From assembly GCA_000320545.1 (NCBI GenBank), contig ADNK01002058.1, positions 1-64,000 of the forward strand: a DNA stretch of 64,000 nt. The letters are read 5' to 3'. The stretch is from Bigelowiella natans CCMP2755 (Eukaryota > Protista > Cercozoa). The position numbers were made by a program, and so were the translations under genes. This document shows positions 27,216 to 40,382 of the stretch, one piece after another. Every line of letters starts with the position of its first letter. Positions within the stretch are counted from its first letter, which is position 1. Below the pieces are notes generated by a model, which worked only from the letters and a program-made list of their open reading frames with translations, was not told the DNA's origin and did not search any database.

Positions 27216-28192
27216 CATATATATATGTGTATATATATAGATATATATATATATATATATATTAAGATATATGTTACATGTGTGTGTGTGTGTGTGTGTA
27301 TCGAATGACCTTCACTATCTTGCTGAAAGTCCTTCACTTTCTCCAGGAGGCATTTCAGCTGACATTAATGAACGTCACAAACACACATCATCAACACAAC
27401 CTTTATATGATACAGTTTCACATCGTCGTTGTCCTCCCCTCCCCCCATCCTTCTCTCCTGCACAAAATACTCGATGATGCAAGCACAAATCATTTGACCT
27501 GCTCGACTCGAAAGTCCTCATATGATTGATCTAATCCGGCCTTCAAATGAGTGTTTACTATGATCACCGACCGCCGTGCACTTACCTGTTTAATGAACGA
27601 CAACAACAGAAATAACAGCAAAAACAAAGACGAAGAAGAAGAAGAAGAAGAAGAGAACAGAACGCATCGAGCAATTCGACATGGTAAGAGCTGACTAAAA
27701 GCATAAATATATATACATATAATACATATATTTTACATTGCAAAGGAAATGAACATGACTTTTCGCCCTACATCTCTCTTCTAAAAATCGGTGGAATTCT
27801 TGCTATCATTGACCTTCATACGCAGCATCATTGCCACGTGCACATTCTCTGCGTGCAACGTCACGTACTCTATGGCCGTGTTTGTTAGCTTGCTTGTCTG
27901 CCAGGCCAAACACCACCACCACCAACAACAACAACAACAGCACGATAGCGAAATTAACTATCAAGTCCTTCCTCTTTATACGCACTTGCCCCTTCTCCCC
28001 TCCCCCCTCCACCTGTCCCTCCTCCCCCACCCACCTTCCAGAAGACTGCACAGCCGTCCTTTGCGCGATGCGACTTTTTCACAAACGAGCCCTTCGTTGT
28101 CGCACGCACGTACACACATGCAGAGAGAGGAAAGGGGAGAAAGAGAGAGGGGGGGAGAGAGATCTGAGCGGCCGATATTTAAAAGTAGTAGT

Positions 28193-28223
<31 letters not shown>

Positions 28224-28933
28224 GAGGACCTCAAATCCGCGGATATGAAGATAGGCATACAGCTCCTCATATCGATCAACTTCCTGGCAAATGAGAAGGG
28301 AAAATAAGCTGCATTGTAGCAGTACTAGTAGGGAAGATTGTTTGAAGAAAATAACTATAATACAGTCCTGGCAGCAGGGCACATATACACACATTTGTTT
28401 ATATTTATAAGTGTGTGCGCGCGCGCGTGTGTCCTCTACTTGTAGACAGATGACGTCCGGATCAACACGTGTTATCTCCTGATTCATAATGAGCACAATG
28501 ATGATGATCATCCAGCACAAGCGGGGGAGGAGGAGGAGAGGGAGGATTAGAACAAAAATGTTAGTTTCGGATGTGTGAAGGTGGCACTGACGTGTTACTC
28601 TCCTCCTCCTCCTCCTACTACTACTACGACTTCTCCTTCTATTGCTCACATGGAGGAGGAGCGGCAGTCGCCGTCTCCATACGAGAAACTTTTTATCGCA
28701 CAGGAAACGACGGAGATTCCTCCATTTGATCTCCCCCTGGTGGAAGTGAAGAAATATCATCATTTATTCCCCGGGCAGGTGAGAGAACAACGGCACATTA
28801 GTAATTATTTTCTATTCTGTGTTGCCATCTTTGGTAGCGGCCGACAAGGAAATGCAAAATCAGGGGCTTTCTCACACGGCAAATTTCTCACCTTCATGCC
28901 GTTTTGACTACATTTTTTAATATCCTCTCAACA

Positions 28934-28976
<43 letters not shown>

Positions 28977-29066
28977 TATTACTACACTTTACTCAACATA
29001 TTTACTCAACCATTGTGTTCGTTTGTGATTTACCTAACCGCTTACTACACTGACTGCTACCATTTA

Positions 29067-29105
<39 letters not shown>

Positions 29106-29493
29106 ATATTTTCGAAATATATTTTAAGGACCGGGATATATTTGAAAAGTCCAAAAGAGCCCACAGGGGGGGGGGGGCGCATCGAAGGTCGCATAGTATC
29201 TCCTTCTAGCTGCTGTGGCTCCGCATTAATATCGTCACATGGCGGGCTCGCCATACAATCTGACACAAAGGACAACGATAAGACTGTTGAGGATTGATGC
29301 TAGGCGACGTCGATATACCCGCAAGGATGTTGAATTGCAGGACGCGCAGCTTGGTTGGTGGAACGCCATCTGCTTACCATTGAAGGGGATGGAGCAGGTA
29401 CATCATCAACAGTGAAGACACAATATCCTTTCATTCGAAAAGGTGTAGGTGGAGAAGACTCCATCGATAATAAAAAATGCTTTAATTATGTGT

Positions 29494-29542
<49 letters not shown>

Positions 29543-29587
29543 TATACACACATATGCATATTATCTTGGTTGTTCGTGTGTATGTGT

Positions 29588-29627
<40 letters not shown>

Positions 29628-30276
29628 CCTTCAGGGGGACGGATAACCAGGTACGATTGTACAAGAAACTTCCAGCCTAAGAAGAAACAGAGGGAGAGAA
29701 ATAGCAAGAAGAAAAATTCAATCATCGTCTGCATTCTAGGTAAACAATACCGCGTAAAAAGAAGACGCATGCCCCCCATTCATCGGAAATGAAAAAGGCT
29801 TATTTTTTATGTAATTATTGGTCAAACAAACCTCTGACTCAACATCCATATAGGCGATTTCAGTGAGGTTCTCCAGGACGCGGCTGCTGCTTTGGTATGG
29901 CGGCCTCTTGTTCCTTACAGCATGTTGAGGACATGGGGAAGAATGTAAGATCATACTCGATACAGCAACAGATTAGAAGTTTGAACGACTACCTCTGGGA
30001 GTGGTAATAATGAGAGCTGTCTCCATCAGCATTTGCCCAATCATGGCCAGTGTCACTGTTCTCTCTGCGTAGTGAGGTACCACGGCTTCTTCTTTGCTTG
30101 AAATCTTCCCTTTGCCTGCGAGAAAAGGGCGATCGAGAGTCTCCCATTCGTAAGAGAGAACTGCTTCCGTATCGGTGGAGCATTAATCCAACCGGTCCCA
30201 CCGCACAAAGGCTCACGAGGAACATGAATAGAACCGCCGGCCGATCCCCACCAAAAGCCAGCAACAATGATGGCAT
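25922..30276 (-). CDS. Nocturnin/CCR4-like EEP-family phosphatase with an N-terminal signal + transit-like leader
   Basis: Exons KLRVLQFNILA, LVWRRRLPLLLH|EITRVDPDVICLQ|EVDRY, KDGCAVFWK, IVNTHLKAG, DVILCGDLNS, TIFDYILY, LPNQQYPSDHISLVADL. First exon MPSLLLAFGGDRPAVLFMFLVSLCAVG...RRSRGTSLRR. Confidence 0.85.
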
Positions 30277-30482
30277 ATGGGAAGGATGGAAGGGGGGAAC
30301 TGTGCACTCTCCATGCAGGGTGCGCCACGCTCCCCCCCGCTCCAACGCTTTACACCGGAATTATTTGGGGGTCGGCAACTGTCGTCTCTGGGTTTTTGTC
30401 TGTCGTTATTGTCGTCGCCGCATCCATTAAACATGCACGACAACCATTATTTGAATGTCGTCGTATGAAAATAGACGTGATA

Positions 30483-31425
30483 TTCTCACCCATCGGCCCC
30501 TCCCCGTTTGTGGCATTCGATCCAATCGCTGATCCCGGAGGAGTGGAACTTGAGCAATTCTGATGATCTTTTCCACTGTGCTCTGGAATCGCTCATTGTG
30601 AATGAGCATGGGTGGGTTGATTTCTACGTTTCTTTGTGTTCTTTGTGCTTGACATCACGGAAACCAAGAAACCAGAAGGAAACCTTTTTCGACGACAGTG
30701 ATGCAGTGACAAAGCATGTTGAGGAGCTTGCACGTTGTGCGAACACTTTGGGGCGTCAACACGTCTCAGCTGCACCACTCATCCATCGCCGTGTGATGCA
30801 AGTGTGCAACAAACCAGCACGATGAATCGAAGGTTCACAAGTCTGGAATCACCATTTTTGCTGCCGATTCGCATCGAGGGAGGGTGCAAAGAAACAAGTT
30901 GCGGATCCAATGCACAGCTACGCGTGCACACCCATCCCCATTCGCCGCAGTGGCTGTGCAATGCGTCGTTGTCGCATGCTGCTTCATCAACCCGTCCACG
31001 TGAGCGTCACGCGTGTGTTGCCGCCACGAGCTAGTGAGGCTTCGCTAGTTCGGTGCGCGGTCCCAGCAGGATCGATCGGAATCGAACGCAGGTGCGATTC
31101 TGTCAGTTTCCACCACTGATGATCCGTGGACGTGCGTGCTCTCGTTCAATCACTCTAGCACTGATGACGGTCGCACTTGTGCAACAACACTTGATGCGTG
31201 CATGTGTGTGCTCATCTAGTCGATCATGCCTGCTCACAGGCAGATTTCACAGAGCTAGAGAGACATGTCTTGTCTGGATGTGTCCATGTGCATGCATGTG
31301 CCCAACAAGTACCTGCGCCAATGTGTTCATGTGTGCCCATTGCCAAACACACGTGTTGTGATCGGGACATGTGCACCTTCAACGATGTGAGTTGCATTTG
31401 CACCACACACGCAAACCCACATTTT
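30483..31425. other. TpA-depleted, TG/CA-rich intergenic tract 2
   Basis: By-eye count: 8 TA in about 940 nt (5 CTAG, 2 CTAC, 1 GTAC); CpG is retained. Confidence 0.85.
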
Positions 31426-31743
31426 TAGCGAAATATTAGATGTGCTGCTGATGTTCTTTGAGAGTATGCACGTATGCATAGAGACATGCATCTACACAAA
31501 TTGAATGGTTGGACAATGCCACGATGCTCGCATCGTTGCAAGCTGGACACGAGACATCTAGACATTGCGCTGGCATCGTGCACATGCATGTCATGACAGG
31601 TGTAGTGTGGCACCCCAATGCATGTGAATAATGCCAATTCTGAGATTAAACACTAGGCAAGTTGCTCCAGCATGCGATGGAACTTGCATCATAGGTTGCT
31701 GCATGTGTGGATGCAAGTTCATGAGACACAGTTACAAGCTTGC

Positions 31744-32311
31744 TCACAATTCAACTTTCCTCCCGTGTTCACCATGATTTTCCACCACATCGCTCTCTAA
31801 AGACAACACGCAGCTTGGATCTTCAACCCTTCCTTCACGACACTTTTGTGATATCCTTTCCACCTCGCTCTCGATCACTAAACATAATTCTCTATTCTGC
31901 TTTACCTCCGAGTACGTCATCTGAAGACGTTCAGCTACAGCTTGTTTCATCATTCTACAAGGCATAATGTTTCGTTAATGATCCTCAAATAAATCTAAAA
32001 CTCACATATGCATCACAAAAATCGATGTAAATCTTGTTGAAATGGTGCAAACCTGTGCGTCAATCTGAATAAAAGTAGAAAAGAGATCATCAGTATGCTG
32101 TGAGCGAAATCGTTAAGGTAATGTACCTTCCCTCTCGATATTCGCTGTACTTGCCGCCGATAAACAATCGTACTTCTGACTGGGCTGCTCGATACATTGA
32201 AAGAGCGTCATCATCTTGAGACTCCGCCCCTGCCCTTCTTGCAGTGAAAACGGTGATGAGTACGAAGAAGACATTTATCAGTCGGGACATGCTACCTGGA
32301 GGGGCGGACAT
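31744..32311 (-). CDS. Small secretory/ER protein of unknown function (signal peptide; C-terminal KVEL)
   Basis: MSRLINVFFVLITVFTARRAGAE is signal-like. ORFs 32090-32314 and 31744-31965 can be joined by GT-AG introns. Ends ...HGRKVEL-stop. Confidence 0.5.
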
Positions 32312-32684
32312 CACAAGTTGAACAAATTTAAGTCACTAACATTGCGCTCATCAATGTAGTGAAAGAGAGAAGCAGGATACCAGGTCGATGATGACTAAGC
32401 ACCTCCTCCCTTCCTTCCACGTGATGAGCAGCTGGATTAGGCAAATTCTAACAAAATCTCATAGTTCATGTTTGAGCGTCATTTTCTTTCAAGAGTACGA
32501 CCGTTTTTAGTGGATTGAGTCTTATCGTCTTGTCGCGCACGATGTAAAGACCTTAGTCCATGACGAAATTGTATCGAAAACTAATAAGATCTGATAATAT
32601 CATTTCACGACAACACTAAAAAAAGAGATCTCGGGCCGACTCCTTGCTCTTACCCCCTCTTCGACTTATCTTTCAAGGCAATAA

Positions 32685-33035
32685 ATGGCGAAACCTTTTC
32701 CCAGGCAGCGTCCTCTTCCGCAGTTTCTCGAGAAGGTGAAAGAGAGGCAAATTCTTGTGCGTTTTTAGCGAAGTCGTAGGGGAGGGATGGGGAGATTCTT
32801 ACTCTTTAGTCTCGTGTTGGCCAAGATTGAATCAACGAATTACTTACGTAGCGACTATGGAGCGGAGCTTTACTATGCATTGGGTCCTTCGCCGTGGCTG
32901 GTGCAGGTATTGCTCTTCCGATTTATCACGCCTAATCATCACGATATTATTACATGTGCAACATACAGTGGCCTATGGCATCTCATCCCATTCTGAAAAC
33001 GAGGAGCTTCTCTCTGAATGTAGTACCTCCTTTAT

Positions 33036-33101
<66 letters not shown>

Positions 33102-34306
33102 TATCCGTTTGTACTAGTCATATGGGGTCACGCATGACTTTTCCTATTCGACTTCGTGTAGCTAACGTTTTGGCTGCTGGCGTTGGTCCTGTTGACGTTC
33201 AGACTACATCGTGGTTTGAAAGCTTGCAGGTATTTTTCTATTGCGACCGCAATTCATTTCCATCCTTAGTGCATAGTTTGTCTCACTGCTGTGAGCTTCC
33301 ACCCCGTTTGCCGTAGAAATCTGCAACGACGTTCGTCTTTGGATTGATCATGTTTTGCCTCGCCGGCCCCCTCCTTACCTGGAACGAATGCCAAGCTGCG
33401 AGGTCACTGTAGAGCTCTGAGTCATCGCCAACGACAAACATACGCAACATAGAAACACCCCGTGCACATACCATATTCCTGATTTGTTTTCATAAACAGA
33501 TACTACCGGATGTTGTTCCGAGCAAGAGACGCTATCAGAACTTCGCAGGTTCGCCACAAGGAGATAGTTTGGAGAGCACATGTGCCCCGAAGAGTGATTC
33601 GTACGAATTTTTCGCACGATAACGTTATTGTGCTTTTGTCGCGCCTGGACTTTCAATCAGGGGAAGGAAAATTTGAATGCAGATAAGAGGGTGATTGAAA
33701 AGGTACGATATCAGATACCGAGCTTCCTCTGCGTCGTCATCATCATTTATATGTATTTCATTCTTGTTCTATTTAAGGAAGAAAAGCTGATCTGCATCTA
33801 CGGGACTTTGGACACGAAATCGCGCTGCCTTCGTGACGAGTATTCTACCTTTTTTTTTTTGGTTTTCGAGATAGTGTTTTCGGTCCCTACAATACCGAAC
33901 GAAGAAATGATTTGCTTGATGTCGTAGCGAAGTTGGCGACATGAGTTATCTATGCAGTATGGCTTCAAAAGTGTCTATCTACATAGGGCATTTGATTTCG
34001 AGATAAAGCATTGCGTAAGGCTACGACGTCGAGTGGAAATGTACCAATGGGTGAGTTCCGACTTTTAGAAAAAAAGAAAGATGATGATTGATTATTGATG
34101 GTGAAACATGAGACATCCTTGGCTCATATTGAATCATATGTAATCCGCATGAGAACGAAAATCCTGTGATATTTTGGCGCTTGCAGCACGAATCAACTCA
34201 AGTTGTTCCAAAGCTGCACCATAAATTCAAACATCTTTAGGTTGAGACCAAGCATTCAAAGACAACGAAAGACGCATTCGGCAATAAACGCACGGAAACG
34301 AGGTCA

Positions 34307-34343
<37 letters not shown>

Positions 34344-34676
34344 CTTCGTTCGTTCTATCCCTGCAAAATGCCATCGCTGGGTTGTATATCTTCACCATTT
34401 TTGTTAACTACGATTTGTGGGTGTTACAGGTACAGCTATGCGAAGGAATGGCGCAGCCAAGCGGTAGGTCGTCGTTATCGTCGTAGTAGTATTATTAGTA
34501 GTAGTAGTAGGCTATCAGTATGCCAAACAGTTACAAGCAGCTTGCAAATTATCATCATCATCATCATCATCATTATTCAAGGTGAGCTCAAGCGGATTTA
34601 GGGAGCAGCATGGCCATGAGAACCCAGGTATGATGCATGTGCGTCCTCCCCTCCCCCCCCCCCCCCCTCTCTCTCT

Positions 34677-34733
<57 letters not shown>

Positions 34734-36407
34734 TGCGTGCATTATTTCCTTCCTAGCTTAGCTGTTCAAGAATTCCCTCATCGTATTATTAGCCGTCTCA
34801 CCTCTGCCTGCTTTGGGCGTGTTGTCTGCTGCTACATTTTGTATACAGAGTGGTGGATCGGTTGCTTCTCAGGTAGGAAAGCGAATAGAAATAGTCGCTT
34901 CGGATTGAAATAATATAGCTATCCTCCGCAACCCCCCCCCCCCCATCACCTTGTCATATTTTGGAGCACCGCCGATAATACGTGGCATTTTGCGAAATTG
35001 GTGGCAGAGCATCAGCTTTCGCGTTCATCAGAATTGCTCCCTTAGGATGTTCTCCACCCCCCTCCTTTCGACAAGATTCCTACCGTATATAGTCAATCAT
35101 CATGCACTATTATCCTCGTCGCTGTGGTACCTTGAGAATCTTTTTGGTGCTGATCTCGCCTGAAACAGAGACGAAGAACATTCCTGAGGCCGACTTCGGC
35201 CGGAAAGCGGTGTGATGCATGTGTAGGACATCCAACAAAGACAATTACGACAAAAGCGAGATAGAGATGAAGGCCCTTCACCACCCTACATCAACAATGT
35301 TCACTTTGCCGTTGTTTGTTGTCGCACGTCGGCCCGAGATAAAAGCGCCTCTTTGTTTCGTCGTTTTCGTTCTTCGTCACGTCGGTGCAGGAAATGGTAC
35401 TGCGACAGGCCGCCATTGAGCAAATGAACTGGTTCACTAAGGAGAATCTGAGTAATTTCAACATTTTCAAAATGAAAATATCAATAATACAATTCCAACA
35501 TTTTCATTTTCAAGTGATAATATCAATAATACGGCTGGGGTTGTTTCTTCTCATTCACCCGAGACGGACAATGTTGGCATCGTGTAAACATCATGCAAAC
35601 CTCTCCTCCTCCTCCTCCCCCCTCCTCCTTCTTTTCCTCATCAGGTATTCCCTTCGAGTCGCTCGAGGCCAAGATCAGCGCAGCAGGACAGGTAGTTGTG
35701 GTGAAGGAAAAAGGGTCTTTGCAGCAACGGCATCAACATGAAGAAATGGAAGAAGAGTGAGTTTGCAAGATGTTTCATGCTGATTTTCTTCCTCCTTTCT
35801 CCCTCCCCCCCCAATAACACATCAGATTGGTGGCGGTGGGAAAGGAGGGGGAGGGAAAACGTGCATGCCGATTGATGAATCCGGGGCCTACTATGCGTAC
35901 ACAGGTTGTTGTGGAAGGAAAGAAGGGGGAGGGGGAGAGGGGTGAGGAGGTGTCGGAGAGAGAGAGAGGGAGAGGAAGAGGTAGAGAAAGGAAAAACAAC
36001 TAAAAGGACGGTCTAGCTGTGAAAGAGCAGAGACTCTTCGTCCCCACTACTTTGTACCATCAACCCACAGCAATAATACGTGCACAACTATAGGAAATTC
36101 GGCCTTGCATAACCCTGAAGTTGGCGATGTTAAGGTGATTCTCGCAGTGCAAAGAATGAATGATGCACTCGCACAAGCTAGCAGCCTTTTACATCGTCAT
36201 CATCAGAATCAATCTCCTTATCGTCACCCTTCTTTTACAAAGAGCAACCACTCTCGTCTCCCTTTGCCTCTCTGCTGTCGTCGAAGGAAAATGGCCTGAT
36301 CTTTCTTCCCCCTCTTGCATTTCTATGCAGGTGACGTATGAATGGATTCCCGACTCCGAGGCCTCCAATCAGAAGGTCTTGATTGGCGCTAATCACGTCA
36401 GCTATTA

Positions 36408-36452
<45 letters not shown>

Positions 36453-37703
36453 TTCAATGGCCAAATCTTGTTACGCGTGTGTTATTTATGCAGGTGACGG
36501 TCATGGGCAAGCAAGTTGGGAAGTCACTTGCTGCCTGGAACGACGGAGGTTCTGTCTGAAGAACAAGAACAAGAACAAGAAGAAAGAAAGAGAGAGAGGG
36601 GGGGGGGGGAGGGGGGAGGGCTAGTACGAGTTGGAAATGACCTGTGGGAGAGAGGAAGCATGTGAGTGCACTTATGTTCTTGCAGATGCCCTCTAGCCCC
36701 TCTTAATGATACATTCTGCTGTGTGCATTAATATCTTTCTTTCTTTTTGTTTAATCCATAAAATCAGGGGATTTCTGCTATGATTCTGCAGGTAGTAGTA
36801 GTAGTAGCAGCAGCAGCAGCACGGGCTTCTACTCCGATATGCTTTCCTTGTACCGGTGGTTATATCTTACAGCTGCTATGATCGATCTCCTTTTTGTGCA
36901 TATGTAATATATATATAGGAGGATGCATCTTGTCGGCCCTTTGCTTCTGCTACACTATGGTATTTTACCCCCCCTCCCCCCACACCTCCTCCTCCTCCTC
37001 TCATTTTACCTGTGAAATAAATTATGCCTGCTTTCATTCGCATAATACCGCGTCAAACGAGACAAAGTTTACACGAGGGAAAACCGAGAGGCGATGAATT
37101 TAAAAGATTCCCGCTTAATTTCTGTTTACATTTGCAGGGCAGCAACAAGAGCGCGTACGCGATTGGCGACAACGGTGTATATTTGCTACGGGGATATGAT
37201 AGCGATGATACTACTCGGAGTCTACTACTCAGCATAAATGACTTTCTCTTGTATCACAGATGATGATGATGATGATGAAGCTGATGAAGAAGCTGGCGTT
37301 GTAGCAGGGTCGGGTAATTGGTCCTTTTCCTCTCCCCCCCCCCCCCCCACCCCCCGTTTCCCTCGGTATCTTCTGGCGTTGTATTGATTTCGAAAACGCA
37401 ATTCTATTGCGTGCTATATGAAGGGTCTAAAGCGGACTACAAGACATTTTCAGGGGGGAGTGCCGACGATGAGAGGTAGGAGGAGGGAAGATGACTTATC
37501 TCTCAGATCATGAGCACGCATATTATCAACAACATCATCATCATCATCATCAATATCATAACTATCGTAGCCATCCCACGACATCTTCTCTTTCCTCCTC
37601 CTGCTACTATAGCTGCTGTTGCTGCTGCTGATGATGATGCAGCATTCTATTGATGATTCTGAGTACAATTACACCCATTTGCCGTTTGACCATGCCTCTG
37701 CTT

Positions 37704-37748
<45 letters not shown>

Positions 37749-37898
37749 GTGTGCGTCTGCCAATCGCTCACTCATCGGGGGGGTATTTTTACTGATACAC
37801 AACAATGACGGATATGACGACGAATGATGTGACGCAGCAACAAGTCCAAAGGGTTTTTCGAGCTGCTCAACGCAGCTCAAGGCATCCACAAGGCATTA

Positions 37899-37938
<40 letters not shown>

Positions 37939-38502
37939 ACTTATGTATATATCTGATGATGATGATAATGATAGTGGAGATGACGAAGAAGACGACAACG
38001 CTTCCCCACACACATAAACATGATCCCCATAGGTCCCCTTGCATACCTGTGGGAAGAATCCAGTGTTTTGGTCATAACAGGGGGGGGGGGGGCTCCCATA
38101 TGTTGCATTGATATCCCCTCTAGCTGTTATCTTCCTCTTTCTTCTTCTATCCTAGTCACTATAAAAACGACTAGTGCTGCAACCGCTACTACTACAATAA
38201 CTAACACCGCTCTGTGCACAAATAAGGCAAGTGCGCTACTCAAGGGGAACGAGGACTCCGCTCGCTGCTTCCAGTTTGCGTTAAGGTGGGGATGGTCTCG
38301 ATGCATGTATGTGAAGATTATGAGAGATTATAGAATAGTCGGCGAGATGAAGTCTTGAAAGATGTTCTTCCCACTTCCCCCCCTGCCAGTGTGAAGTCAA
38401 CGTCTCCTCCTGTCTTCTTTTTGGGTGTGTTGTTTGGTGCTGTTTTGAACAATGTGTTAAGATGGTGAGATGTGTGTGTATCTGTATCTGCGTGCGTGTG
38501 TT

Positions 38503-38548
<46 letters not shown>

Positions 38549-39471
38549 CGCGCGCGAGTAGATTGATCGGATGGCTAATGATGTTCTTTGGACTCTACTG
38601 TGTAAGGATGATGATGTCAAAAAGTTATAGATAATTTAAGAAGTTGTAGTAACAACAATCTTGCGTAGTAGTAGCAGTAGTCGTGCGTAGTAATAGTTGG
38701 AGGAAGAGCATGAATTGGGTAATATGTACTCTGAAAGGACTGTTGGCTATCATCGTCGTCATCATCATCATCATATCATCATCATCATCATCATCATCAT
38801 CATAATTATCACCATCGCCCTTCATTGCCTACTAGATCTTTGAGCCGATTACTGCCTTGCTGGATATCATCCCGATCGTTGGTAAAAACGCACACGACAC
38901 TTAAGCACACGACACTTACTCACCACTTATGTGCGAACGCTGCTGTGCGACATGTCCACACCATCGCTGATTTGGGATGCTATATTCCTCGAAACACAGG
39001 CCCCGTCGTGAGAGCTTCGATCTTCCTTCTTTGCTTGGTACATCCTAATACTTGGAAGACAGACAGATGAAGAGCTAATAATCAAAAAAAGGGGGGAAAA
39101 AAGGAGAGAGAGAGAGAGGGAGAGAGAGCTCTTGGCATAATTTTAAATGTAGCATGATGATGCTTTTCTTGCACCAATTCCTCCTCATCATCATCATCGT
39201 TGTCGTCGTCGTCATCATCAAGAGTAACAACAGCTACAAAACAAAGTCTCGATTAATAGTATCTCTCTCTACTATTTCCACTTCCACCGTGTAAATGCCA
39301 CCACAACACCAACCAGATCGTCACCCTGCTACTAAGTGTAGTCATCATCTCTGTTGCATGGTTCTCCTCACGACCGAAGCTTGTTATAGGTCTCGTCGCA
39401 ATAAGTAGTAGTAGTAATAGTGGGTGTAGTCGTAGTATTGTTTGATAGCGGGAATCTAGCAACAACAACAG

Positions 39472-39503
<32 letters not shown>

Positions 39504-39682
39504 ACACACGGGGATGATATTCGCCAGCAATCTCGCACACGCTTTTTGTTGCTTTCACTATATTTCTTTTTTTAAGATGTGGAATGTTTTTGAATGCCAT
39601 TTTGATGATTCAATGTTAGGCTTCCTCATTGTGGTTGTTGCGGTGTGCGGCGGTGTCATCTGGTCAGAAAATATGATAAATT

Positions 39683-39684
<2 letters not shown>
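32685..39684 (+). CDS. TMEM43: TMEM43/LUMA (DUF1625)-like membrane protein, many small exons
   Basis: Exons FVFGLIMFCLAGPLLTWNECQAAR, CVRLRRRVEMYQW|VE, YSYAKEWRS, SSGFREQHGHENP, NPEVGDVK|VTYE, IFEPITALLDIIPIV, LLLSVVIISVAWFSSRP match the TMEM43 WNE, RRVEMYQWVE, HENP and W..RP motifs. Confidence 0.85.
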
Positions 39685-39718
<34 letters not shown>

Positions 39719-39865
39719 TATGTGTATACATGTGTTTTGATTATTTGATTTTAGTCACACACGAGAGGAAAGTGAGAAGGAAAGAGAAAGTGGGAGAGAC
39801 ACGGGGGGGGGAGAATGGGGAAGGGAGTTCTTAAGCTTCACCCTCCTCGTCGCTTTGTGTACACA

Positions 39866-39907
<42 letters not shown>

Positions 39908-40382
39908 TATATGTTTATACACATGTATGTACATATGTGTTATATTTATGTGATGCAGGTGGAACAATCATCATCCAGCATCTGCACAGCCGAGCATGTT
40001 GTGATGACATAGAGTCCTCTCGTAGTAGCAGACAGATCCCAAACCGGCCCCACAACAATGCTTTGTGCATCGCATGCTACGCAACTTTCACTGCGTTTCA
40101 TCTGAGCAATTAATCGTCTCATGAACAGCACATGTAGCTTGTTGGAGGAAGGAAGCATGTGTAGGCTGCTAGTATCAAATAGCTGTGCGCATGTTGGCAC
40201 AAACATGTGTCACCAGAAATCATCTTTGCAGGGCATCATTTATCGATCTGGTCACGTGCGTCATCCGCAGCGTGCTAGCGTGTCGTCGTGCGGTCGCAAA
40301 ACGAAGTGCAGTGACGCCAACTATCTGTTACTAGCGCTCTAGCTAGCTAGCAGCGCTGTTGCATGCCCATTACCGTTGTGTA

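Noticed and set aside
30483-31425. CpG-methylation decay or classical RIP as the cause of TG/CA richness
   Set aside because: CpG remains common and TpA is lost rather than gained, opposite to both expectations.
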